Part shown: positions 7,974 to 15,189 of the stretch, in pieces
Layout: each line of letters opens with the position of its first letter
Numbering within the stretch: position 1 is the stretch's first letter
NCBI GenBank assembly: GCA_026016245.1
Contig: CP061211.1
Coordinates: 90,001-122,000, forward strand
Length of the DNA stretch: 32,000 nt
Origin: Candidatus Pacearchaeota archaeon
GTDB lineage: Archaea > Nanobdellota > Nanobdellia > Pacearchaeales > UBA284
Reading direction: 5' to 3'
The notes under the pieces: model-generated
Seen by the model: only the letters and a program-made list of their open reading frames with translations
Databases searched by the model: none
What the model was told of the DNA's origin: nothing
Made by a program: the position numbers and the translations under genes

Positions 7974-9164
7974 ATGCCATACAAAAAATTTGAAACAACT
8001 TTTAAGGGATTAGCCGAGAAAGTAATTTATTCTCTCAAAAACTATGAAGGAACAGAAAAATTTGCAAAAGTAGTGAGTGAAATAGTAGAGAGTACTTATG
8101 AAAAAAAGCCACAATTTAAAGAAGTTATTATTAAATCAAAAAAGGCTGAGTTAAAAGCTTTTGGGGAAAGTATTATTAATTATGCCAGTACTGGGGCTAA
8201 TTTCCTATTAACAGAAAAACAAGCAGAAAATTTTTATGGCTCGTTTATTGAGTTTATTACTGGTTTTGGATACGAGAGAGGATACGAGAGACAGAAAGCA
8301 CATTTTAGGATCCATAGGGACTTCATTGCGAGAAATGGGAAGAAATTTAGGTATGATGTGGAAAGCAATTTTCATCGGCACGAGGAACAACCAGAGTTGG
8401 GAGTAATAATGCCAGAGATAAAGAAAAAGTCTATTGTAGATGGATATAGCTTTAAGCAAGAAAGAACTAAAGTACAACAAAAAAGATTTGACGAAAGACA
8501 AGAAATAGCTTGGGATGCAGTTAATTTCGGTTTTGAAACTGCCTTACATACACCAAAAAAAGAAAATTCTTGTATTTCTTATGTTTGTATACCCCCTGTA
8601 AAAATAGAAAAGAAAAATTTAGTTAAAATTATAAATAAAGCTCTAGATGAAAAAGATGAAGTGGGATTAAATTATTTTTGTAAAGGATATAGTGGCCAAA
8701 AATTTGGTTACAAAATAAACTTAGAAAGAGAGAAGGATAATGTAAGGATAAAATTGTATGCAAGGGGACATAGAGATTATCAAGATGTGCTAAGGCATGC
8801 CTTAGATAAGTTAATACAATCAACTGGAATCTTGGTTGAAGATGGAGCAGAAGTAATTTATAAGGAAAAAGTGCCTGCAAAATGGACCTTACCTTTTGTT
8901 TATACAGGCAAAGGGATAGGATTTGTGGCAAAGTGGGGAACAAGTCCAGTATGGATTCCAATAAAATATGGTATTTTGTGGCCAATTTCAAAATTAAGAG
9001 ATAGAGCTGACAAAAAGAGAAAGAAAAAAGAAGATAGGTTATTAGAAGAATTTAAAAGAATTGGTCTTCGAGAGAATAAAGAGTATCCTAACAGCTGTTA
9101 TATATCTATCAATCCAGAATGCATGGAAAAAATAACTAAAAAAGTTGAGGACGAAGGAAAATGA
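7974..9164 (+). CDS. Hypothetical protein (396 aa from ATG 7974; an alternative TTG at 7956 overlaps the upstream stop)
   Basis: Long intact ORF. The stretch taagggaaaaa precedes ATG 7974. There is a hydrophobic W/P-rich segment near the C-terminus (GFVAKWGTSPVWIPIKYGILWPI). No recognised catalytic motif. Confidence 0.7.
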   Translation: MPYKKFETTFKGLAEKVIYSLKNYEGTEKFAKVVSEIVESTYEKKPQFKEVIIKSKKAELKAFGESIINYASTGANFLLTEKQAENFYGSFIEFITGFGYERGYERQKAHFRIHRDFIARNGKKFRYDVESNFHRHEEQPELGVIMPEIKKKSIVDGYSFKQERTKVQQKRFDERQEIAWDAVNFGFETALHTPKKENSCISYVCIPPVKIEKKNLVKIINKALDEKDEVGLNYFCKGYSGQKFGYKINLEREKDNVRIKLYARGHRDYQDVLRHALDKLIQSTGILVEDGAEVIYKEKVPAKWTLPFVYTGKGIGFVAKWGTSPVWIPIKYGILWPISKLRDRADKKRKKKEDRLLEEFKRIGLRENKEYPNSCYISINPECMEKITKKVEDEGK

Positions 9165-9553
9165 CTGAATTAAAAATAAGGAAATTCCTCCCAGAAAAAA
9201 TACATGAAGGAAGGGTAAAGAAATTAGAAAAAGACTTAGTTTCTCTTGTAAAAAAAGAATATCCTGATAATAGGGTAACAACCAGAAGATATCATCCTAT
9301 TCCTAGTGAGCGCTATTTACTTCTAGCTATAGATAGGAAAAAATATTTAGGTAAGTATCTTCAGCTCTTCAATAAAATTGAAACAACTCAGGTGTTGGAT
9401 TTAGCAAGGAGATTGCATAGGGAAGAACTATTAACAAAAGTAGATATTCGCCTTTATGATCCTTCTTTGTTAAATAAAGTTGAAAAAATGCTTAAAAATT
9501 ATGACTATTTTGATGTTAATCTATCTGTTTACCTTAAGGGAGAAGGGAAATGA
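9161..9553 (+). CDS. Hypothetical protein (130 aa)
   Basis: ATGA start/stop overlap with the upstream gene (9161-9164). No recognised motif. Confidence 0.7.
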   Translation: MTELKIRKFLPEKIHEGRVKKLEKDLVSLVKKEYPDNRVTTRRYHPIPSERYLLLAIDRKKYLGKYLQLFNKIETTQVLDLARRLHREELLTKVDIRLYDPSLLNKVEKMLKNYDYFDVNLSVYLKGEGK

Positions 9554-9894
9554 CATTAAAAGAAGTCGTTGAACAAAGGAAGAGAGAACTGAAGAAGATG
9601 ATTATGAAAACACCGAAGGATGAAGGAAGACTTTCACTAATGGTGACTTGTAGGTCTTGTTTGGTTTTTGGTTTTGTCTCCAATGAAAGAGCTTATAAAC
9701 ACTTTGTAATGGCTAGGCCTTATCTAAAAGAAATGTGCAAAGCAGCTTATGACGTTGGAGCATTATTTGGACCTCTTGAAAAAGATTATGCTGGAGAACA
9801 ATTAATTAATAAATGGTTGGCTAAAGAAATAGACAATTATCATGAACCTAAGAAAAGTTGTAAATCCAGGAAAAAATTTTTAGGTTTGTTCTAA
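9550..9894 (+). CDS. Hypothetical protein (114 aa) ending in …KKFLGLF
   Basis: ATGA overlap with the upstream gene (9550-9553). The stop lies 1 bp before the radical SAM start. The last 8 codons lie inside the 23-nt repeat. Confidence 0.7.
   Translation: MTLKEVVEQRKRELKKMIMKTPKDEGRLSLMVTCRSCLVFGFVSNERAYKHFVMARPYLKEMCKAAYDVGALFGPLEKDYAGEQLINKWLAKEIDNYHEPKKSCKSRKKFLGLF
9871..9893 (+). repeat. Direct repeat copy 1: AAAAAATTTTTAGGTTTGTTCTA
   Basis: 22/23 nt identical to 11215-11237. It sits immediately upstream of the radical SAM start codon. Confidence 0.85.
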
Positions 9895-9895
9895 A

Positions 9896-11227
9896 ATGAG
9901 AAATAGAAAAATTGCACTTATTTGTCCCCCAACAAATTATATTCCTGATAAAGACTATGAAAGAAAAGATTGGGAAATTAATGGATTACTCTGTTTAGAA
10001 TCTTTTTTGAGAGAAAAAGGATATGAACCAAAGATCATTGATTATCGAGAAGAATTTTCTTTGAATAATGAATATCTCAAAAGAATTGAAAAAGATATAA
10101 AAGATTTTTCGTTTATAGGGTTTCACACAGCTATTGATAGTTATCTTTCTTTAGAAAAAACCATTTCTTATTTAAAGGAAAAGAGAAAAAATTTACCAAT
10201 AATTCTTGGTGGTCCGCTTGTAAGTTCTTTTAAATTAAGTGAAGATAACTTAATTATGAAAAATATCCCTGCAGATATTGTAGTTATAGGAGAAGGAGAG
10301 CATACTCTATTAGAAATCTTACAATGTGTTGAACAAGAGAAAAAATTGAACAATATTAATGGGATTATTTATAGAGAACAAAATAAATTAATAGTGAATA
10401 GACCAAGAATGTTAATTAAGGATTTAAGTTCATTACCTTATGAGGACCATATGCAATGGCCAGATTTAAAAGAGACGATAAATGAAAAAAGATGGATTTC
10501 TGCTTTGTTTAGTAGAGGATGTTATTATAATTGTAGTTTTTGTTTTAAACTTATGAAAGGAGTTCGAAGGAGAAGTCTTGAACATATAGAAGAAGAGTTT
10601 GTTAATATAGAAAAAAATTTAGGAAAAAAGAGCATAATGATCACTGATGAAAATTTCATTTCTAATAGAGAATGGGCAATCGAAGTGTCAAACATCTTGG
10701 AAAAATATACAACCAATTGGAATTGTTGGTTAAGAGTTAATGATGTGGATTCAGATTTATTAAAAAAATTCAAAAGAAATAAGTGTGAAACAGTATGGTA
10801 TGGAATAGAGTCTTTTGATGAAGAAGTAATAAAGAGAACTGGGAAAAGAATAACTCCAGAACAATCTTTGAAAGCGATTGAAATGACTAAAGAAGCAGGA
10901 ATAGTGCCTTTTGGTTTTTTTATAATTGGATTACCCGGAGAAACAGAGAAGTCTCTAGAATATACTATCAAAATGATTGAAAAAAGTGGAGTTCTTCCTA
11001 GAGCTAATCTTTTATGCGTCTTTCCAGGAACAAAACTTTATTATGATGCATTAAGAAAGGGTTTAATAAAAGATGAATTAGAATATATAAAAAAGTTTGC
11101 TGAAAAAAACAGGCCACAAGGAGATGAAATTTTAATTAATATGACTTCTGTCAGTAATCAAAAATTAGTAGAGGCGAGAAACAAGATAAGAGATGATTTA
11201 AGGATAATAAATGAAAAAAATTTTTAG
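9896..11227 (+). CDS. B12-binding-domain radical SAM protein (class B-type)
   Basis: 443 aa. The N-terminal Rossmann-like region (IALICPP…, ILGGP, VVIGEGE) is typical of the cobalamin-binding domain. It is followed by the radical SAM cluster motif SRGCYYNCSFC (CxxxCxxC) and ITDENF / WYGIESF elements. Confidence 0.9.
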   Translation: MRNRKIALICPPTNYIPDKDYERKDWEINGLLCLESFLREKGYEPKIIDYREEFSLNNEYLKRIEKDIKDFSFIGFHTAIDSYLSLEKTISYLKEKRKNLPIILGGPLVSSFKLSEDNLIMKNIPADIVVIGEGEHTLLEILQCVEQEKKLNNINGIIYREQNKLIVNRPRMLIKDLSSLPYEDHMQWPDLKETINEKRWISALFSRGCYYNCSFCFKLMKGVRRRSLEHIEEEFVNIEKNLGKKSIMITDENFISNREWAIEVSNILEKYTTNWNCWLRVNDVDSDLLKKFKRNKCETVWYGIESFDEEVIKRTGKRITPEQSLKAIEMTKEAGIVPFGFFIIGLPGETEKSLEYTIKMIEKSGVLPRANLLCVFPGTKLYYDALRKGLIKDELEYIKKFAEKNRPQGDEILINMTSVSNQKLVEARNKIRDDLRIINEKNF

Positions 11228-11237
11228 GTTTGTTTTA
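11215..11237 (+). repeat. Direct repeat copy 2: AAAAAATTTTTAGGTTTGTTTTA
   Basis: 22/23 nt identical to 9871-9893. It spans the radical SAM stop codon (TAG 11225-11227) and lies upstream of the next gene. Confidence 0.85.
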
Positions 11238-11248
11238 GTTTCTGAAAG

Positions 11249-11659
11249 ATGAAAGATTCCTTAGAAAAAAGATTAGGCGGAATTGCGACAAAAATAATAA
11301 ACCCTAAAATTGGTGTAGTTACTGGAACAATAAGTGCATCTTATGCATTCTTTGTTAATGTTGGTCATGGTTTAACTCCTGCTGCTTTAGCTTCAGGAAA
11401 GCAATTTGCATTTAGTTTTTTATTTGGTGGTTTTGTTGGAAAAATTTGTCAATATTTTGCTAAAATGGAAAATAAATATCTTGCATGGACTTTGGGTGAA
11501 ATAGTCCCTAGTATTATAATGAGTAGTACCTTATATACAATTCATAAATTTAGTGGAACGCCAGAACCTTTAAAATCAATTATTCTTCCAGCAGCAATTG
11601 GTTTAACTGTATATGGTCCTGCTATAATTTATCTAACAAGAAAAGGCTATCTAAAATAG
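11249..11659 (+). CDS. Small integral membrane protein (136 aa, about 4 hydrophobic segments)
   Basis: Hydrophobic stretches IGVVTGTISASYAFFV, FAFSFLFGGFVG, IVPSIIMSSTLY and IILPAAIGLTVYGPAIIYL. It is the last gene of the cassette. Confidence 0.7.
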   Translation: MKDSLEKRLGGIATKIINPKIGVVTGTISASYAFFVNVGHGLTPAALASGKQFAFSFLFGGFVGKICQYFAKMENKYLAWTLGEIVPSIIMSSTLYTIHKFSGTPEPLKSIILPAAIGLTVYGPAIIYLTRKGYLK

Positions 11660-11703
11660 ATTCTCCTTACACTCCTCGAAAATTACGAAAATTCATCGTA
11701 AGA

Positions 11704-11711
11704 TTTAAATA
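11704..11711 (+). promoter_or_regulatory. Archaeal TATA box (TTTAAATA) within the motif AGATTTAAATAC
   Basis: The 12-nt AGATTTAAATAC at 11701-11712 also occurs at 14153-14164, where it sits 30 nt upstream of the Doc ATG. Confidence 0.45.
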
Positions 11712-11720
11712 CTACAAAAG

Positions 11721-11826
11721 GCGCGATTTTTTGTTCGAGATGGCGGAAGAATTTTTTAAGCACAACGGCGTCTTCGGATGTGCAGTTGACTTATAGGACT
11801 TCGGACGTCATCCCGTTCAACGCTTT
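11721..11826 (+). ncRNA. Candidate structured small RNA of unknown class (GC-rich island in an AT-rich intergenic region)
   Basis: - Local GC is clearly above the flanks.
- Two C(UUCG)G tetraloop motifs at 11772-11777 and 11799-11804.
- Complementary pairs: GCACA (11760-64)/UGUGC (11779-83), GAUGGC (11739-44)/GUCAUC (11807-12), and AACGG (11764-68)/CCGUU (11813-17).
- A TATA box lies upstream and a T-run (CGCTTTTCT) lies at the 3' end.
- Class and strand are not established. Confidence 0.3.
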
Positions 11827-11893
11827 TCTATTATAAAAAAACTTAAAAATACAAAATTCATTTAATATTTATCAAAGGAGGTTAAAAGTAAAA

Positions 11894-12118
11894 ATGGAAG
11901 GAGAAGACAGTACTAAAGAAAGAATGGAAGAAGCTAAGAAAGAAGCAGAAATTGCTAGTGTTGAAAATGAATTAAGAGATTTGATGAATTTTGTTAAGGT
12001 TAAGAATACAGAGGAATTAAAGCCTGGAGAAGGAAAGAAGATAGAAGATGATACAGCTAATGAACTTGTAGAAAAAATTAAACAAATAGCTCTTAAATTA
12101 GGAATTAGTAGTATGTAA
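11894..12118 (+). CDS. Hypothetical small acidic protein (74 aa)
   Basis: Strong Shine-Dalgarno-like AAAGGAGG 9-16 nt upstream. E/K-rich, probably helical. Confidence 0.6.
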   Translation: MEGEDSTKERMEEAKKEAEIASVENELRDLMNFVKVKNTEELKPGEGKKIEDDTANELVEKIKQIALKLGISSM

Positions 12119-12119
12119 G

Positions 12120-12452
12120 ATGAAAAGTTATTTGATTTTTGTTTTTGTTCTTTTAATTTTTCTAGGAATTTTTCTTAGTGGATTTAATGGCTGTGTTAGT
12201 GAAATAGAATGGCAGAAGGTTGAAGAAGGAAGATGGATTGCTATTAACAAAACTTGCTTGAGAGAAAATCCTATAGACTATTTATGTAAGGCTAATTGTT
12301 ATGAAAAATCTGAGGCAGAAATATGGAATTTTTGTAAAGATGAGGGCCAAGTAAGATTTACTGATGAGGGGGTAGAAGTTTTATGTTTTGGAGGCAGTTG
12401 TATGCCAGAAGTCAAGAATGAGATATGTAGCTTAATTTGTCCTCTTGGTTGA
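12120..12452 (+). CDS. Small secreted or membrane-anchored cysteine-rich protein (110 aa)
   Basis: N-terminal hydrophobic segment YLIFVFVLLIFLGIFLSGF, then about 10 Cys in about 85 aa. The start is 1 bp after the upstream stop. Confidence 0.65.
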   Translation: MKSYLIFVFVLLIFLGIFLSGFNGCVSEIEWQKVEEGRWIAINKTCLRENPIDYLCKANCYEKSEAEIWNFCKDEGQVRFTDEGVEVLCFGGSCMPEVKNEICSLICPLG

Positions 12453-12460
12453 TTACTAAA

Positions 12461-13435
12461 ATGACTATTGTGTATCATTCAAAAAATTATAATAAGTTCT
12501 TGAAAAAGATAAAGGAAGAGTTGGAGAGGACATTTAAGGGCTGTAAAAGAATAGCTATAAAAATTCATTTTGGAGAGCCTGGTAATAAGACAGCTTTTAC
12601 TCCTCAGGACATCAAGCCAGTAACAAACCTTTTGAAAGATCTAGATATAGGATTCTTTTTATTTGATTCTCCTGTAGTGTATCATAGTTTAAGAAATAAT
12701 CCTAAAACATACAAAAAGTATGCTGCTGAGAAAGGCTGGAGTGCTCTTGGAGAAATTGTTATCAGTAATGATTTTGTTATAGTTAAGGGAAAAAATTTGA
12801 AATATGAAGTTTGTAAACCTTTAGTTGAAGCAGATGGTGTTTTAGTTATAAGTCATATTAAAGGCCATGCCTGTTCAGGATTTGGAGGAGCAATTAAAAA
12901 TTTAGGAATGGGAGCAGTAACTAAAAAAACGAAAAAAGCTATTCATGATGGTGGTATGCCTGTCTATAAAGGAGGATGTGTTCAATGTGGTGAATGTGAA
13001 AAAGCATGTCCTTTAGACACTTTAAAAGTTAAAGACAAGCCTATTTTTGGAGAATGTTATGGGTGTTCAAATTGTATTTATGTTTGTCCACAGAATGCAA
13101 TTAAACCTAAAGTGAATTATTTTGACACTCTTTTAGCAGAAAGTGCTAGTATAGCAGAAACAAAATTTAAAAAAATTTATTATATTTCTTTTTTAAAAAA
13201 TATCACTAAAGAGTGTGATTGTGGGTCAAATCCTGGAAAGATTATTGCAAAAGATTCTGGTTATCTTGCTAGTAAATATGCAGTAGCTATTGATATGGCT
13301 GCTTATAATATAATCACTAAAAATTCTTCAGAAGATGTTTTTCTAAAATTTAATAAAAAATCTGGAGTTGAACAGGTTAAAGAAGCAGAAAAATTTGGCA
13401 TGGGCTCTTCTAAATATAAGCTAAAAGAAATTTAA
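12461..13435 (+). CDS. DUF362-type protein with an inserted 2x[4Fe-4S] ferredoxin domain
   Basis: RIAIKIHFGEPGN… is the typical DUF362 N-terminus. CVQCGECEKACP and CYGCSNCIYVCP are two CxxCxxCxxxCP motifs. ATG 12461 is preferred over the TTG at 12437 listed in the ORF track. Confidence 0.85.
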   Translation: MTIVYHSKNYNKFLKKIKEELERTFKGCKRIAIKIHFGEPGNKTAFTPQDIKPVTNLLKDLDIGFFLFDSPVVYHSLRNNPKTYKKYAAEKGWSALGEIVISNDFVIVKGKNLKYEVCKPLVEADGVLVISHIKGHACSGFGGAIKNLGMGAVTKKTKKAIHDGGMPVYKGGCVQCGECEKACPLDTLKVKDKPIFGECYGCSNCIYVCPQNAIKPKVNYFDTLLAESASIAETKFKKIYYISFLKNITKECDCGSNPGKIIAKDSGYLASKYAVAIDMAAYNIITKNSSEDVFLKFNKKSGVEQVKEAEKFGMGSSKYKLKEI

Positions 13436-13437
13436 TT

Positions 13438-14103
13438 TTACTTTTTTCCTAATTCTTTTTTTACATTCTCAGCAACTTTTCTAGCCAATACAATAGGTTC
13501 TGGCATTTTGTGTGGTTCTTTAATACATCTTTTTGTTACTTCTATAGCTGTCTTTAGAGAGATCATATGGCCTGGAGAGATGTAGACTGGATTAGCTCCT
13601 TGTTTTGTTACTATTGCTTTAGCAACAATCTTCTTATTTAAAATTATCTCACCATTTTTTTCCTCTCCTATTAGGACTTTTTTAGCCACTCCAATAGTTG
13701 GTTTATTTATACTGACTCCAAAATGGCTTGTTAATCCTAAACCTCTAGGATGGGCAATTCCATGAGCTTCGATAAATATAACATCTGGTTGTTCTTCTAG
13801 CTTGCTGTAAACAATTGACATTGGAATGAGTTCTCTATAAGCTCTATAGCCAGGAATATAGGGAAATTTTATTGGTTTTATAATATATTTTTCTTCTATA
13901 AGTTCTAAATTCTCATCACATACAGCAGCACAAGCCATTATTTCTTTTGTTTTCTGTAAAATTTCTGTATGAATTGCTCCGAATCTTGTTGCATTTTCAA
14001 AATTAAATACATCTTTCGTTGAGATGTTCTTGGCTAGCTTTGTTTGTTCTGTCTTAAGAGCTTCAATATCTATACCTTTCTCAATTGCCTCTTTTTCTTT
14101 CAT
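13438..14103 (-). CDS. nfi: Endonuclease V
   Basis: 221 aa. Contains the FIEAHGIAHPRGLGLTSHFGV…PTIGVAKK and PVYISPGH motifs characteristic of Endonuclease V. Confidence 0.9.
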   Translation of the reverse strand: MKEKEAIEKGIDIEALKTEQTKLAKNISTKDVFNFENATRFGAIHTEILQKTKEIMACAAVCDENLELIEEKYIIKPIKFPYIPGYRAYRELIPMSIVYSKLEEQPDVIFIEAHGIAHPRGLGLTSHFGVSINKPTIGVAKKVLIGEEKNGEIILNKKIVAKAIVTKQGANPVYISPGHMISLKTAIEVTKRCIKEPHKMPEPIVLARKVAENVKKELGKK

Positions 14104-14155
14104 GAAATTCTAAAGAAAGATGGTATTAAAAAATTTACTGAACCGAATAGAAAGA

Positions 14156-14163
14156 TTTAAATA
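14156..14163 (+). promoter_or_regulatory. Archaeal TATA box (TTTAAATA) for a probably leaderless Doc transcript
   Basis: Lies 30 nt upstream of ATG 14186, with no SD-like sequence in between. Confidence 0.45.
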
Positions 14164-14185
14164 CCAAAAAATATACACATAAAAT

Positions 14186-14545
14186 ATGGTAAGAAAGAAT
14201 AGGAAAATAGATAAAAAATTAAAGAAATTGAAGAAGCTAGGTAGAGAGTACGGGGGACATTTACGAGCTAACGGCAGTCTAAAGTTTGCTCTTGAGGTAT
14301 CAAAAGGTAAGGGAAAATATCGCCAATTGGCATATTTATGGAGGGCTATAATTGTAGATCATCCTTTTACAGATGCTAACAAGAGGACGGCGATGAGAGA
14401 AACCTTAAGATTTATGAAAGAACATAAAATCGAAATAACTCAGAAAAAAATAGAAAGAATAACCAAAGCTATTATCAAAGTAGCAAAACAAAATCTTACA
14501 AATTTAAATCTGCTTGAGAGGAGGATTAGAAATGCAATCAAATAA
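14186..14545 (+). CDS. doc: Doc (death-on-curing) / Fic-family toxin
   Basis: 119 aa with VDHPFTDANKRTA, which matches the Doc-type Fic motif HxFx(D/N)(A/G)NKR. Confidence 0.85.
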   Translation: MVRKNRKIDKKLKKLKKLGREYGGHLRANGSLKFALEVSKGKGKYRQLAYLWRAIIVDHPFTDANKRTAMRETLRFMKEHKIEITQKKIERITKAIIKVAKQNLTNLNLLERRIRNAIK

Positions 14546-14729
14546 ATTCAAACAACTTGAAAAATATGGTTGTTGGCTGTTAGAAGAATTTGATAGAACA
14601 GGAAAATTGCCTATTGGAAGAAAAAGAATAGATATTACTTTGGATAAAAAAGTCATACTAAAACTAAGAAAAGAAGCTAAAAGAAAAAATATAGCTTTAT
14701 CAAGATTAATAGAAGAGAAAGTAAGATAA
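14532..14729 (+). CDS. Small ribbon-helix-helix (CopG-like) protein, putative cognate antitoxin encoded downstream of Doc
   Basis: 65 aa from ATG 14532. GAGGAGGA lies 6-13 nt upstream, and the ORF overlaps the end of doc by 14 nt. The C-terminal RIDITLDKKVILKLRKEAKRKNIALSRLIEEKV has the strand-helix-helix pattern of RHH domains. Confidence 0.65.
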   Translation: MQSNKFKQLEKYGCWLLEEFDRTGKLPIGRKRIDITLDKKVILKLRKEAKRKNIALSRLIEEKVR

Positions 14730-14739
14730 TGGAAAGTTA

Positions 14740-15144
14740 CTACCTCTTTAATCTTTTTAATTCTTCTTTTATTTCAGATATTTTTGTAATCTTTAATTCT
14801 TTATTCTGTGCCATATTTCCAAAAATATCTATATGGAAAAGAGAATAACTTGGTAATACTCTATCTCTTTTGATTATTATTTGTGAATATCCCAGAGCTT
14901 TATTTATCTTGATTTCTATGGGGATTCCTTTATTTGGAATAATATAGCTTATTGTGTAAGCTTTTGTATCAAAGTTAGAAGGCCTCATTTCTATTGCAAT
15001 ATATTCTCCTGGATTCTTATCAATGCTGAATTTCTTGTCTAATCTCTGTTCTAGGTCTGCTACATAGGAAATATTTTCTTTTTCAAGAAATGTAAGAAAA
15101 TTTCTTATTATTTTTTTAAAATAAGGTTCTGTGATAATCATCAA
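14740..15144 (-). CDS. Hypothetical protein (134 aa)
   Basis: Intact ORF downstream of the deoxyhypusine synthase gene on the same strand. No recognised motif. Confidence 0.55.
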   Translation of the reverse strand: MMIITEPYFKKIIRNFLTFLEKENISYVADLEQRLDKKFSIDKNPGEYIAIEMRPSNFDTKAYTISYIIPNKGIPIEIKINKALGYSQIIIKRDRVLPSYSLFHIDIFGNMAQNKELKITKISEIKEELKRLKR

Positions 15145-15189
15145 TTAGTTAATAGCTTTCTATATAAATATTTTATTGGGATTTTTTGA

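Noticed and set aside
11740-11796. 18-codon micro-ORF (MAEEFFKHNGVFGCAVDL*) inside the GC-rich intergenic island.
   Set aside because: It is too short to support. The elevated GC, tetraloops and nested complementarity are better explained by RNA structure. A leader peptide cannot be excluded.
11700-11830. Possible split-tRNA half, C/D-box sRNA or H/ACA sRNA.
   Set aside because: There is no D-loop or T-loop (GTTCRANYC with a flanking 5-bp stem) consistent with a tRNA half. The best C-box-like string, on the minus strand (AUGACG), deviates from RUGAUGA and has no matching CUGA D box. There is no ACA at the required 3' position. The element is therefore left unclassified.
14514-14531. Upstream TTG start for the RHH ORF. 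Similar upstream TTG starts occur at 12437 for DUF362 and 30070 for the RAM-domain protein. The in-frame start at 29802 for L15e (start codon not checked) is a similar case.
   Set aside because: Each has an in-frame ATG downstream. For the RHH ORF that ATG has better SD spacing, and for L15e it agrees better with the conserved family N-terminus. The listed features use the ATG starts.
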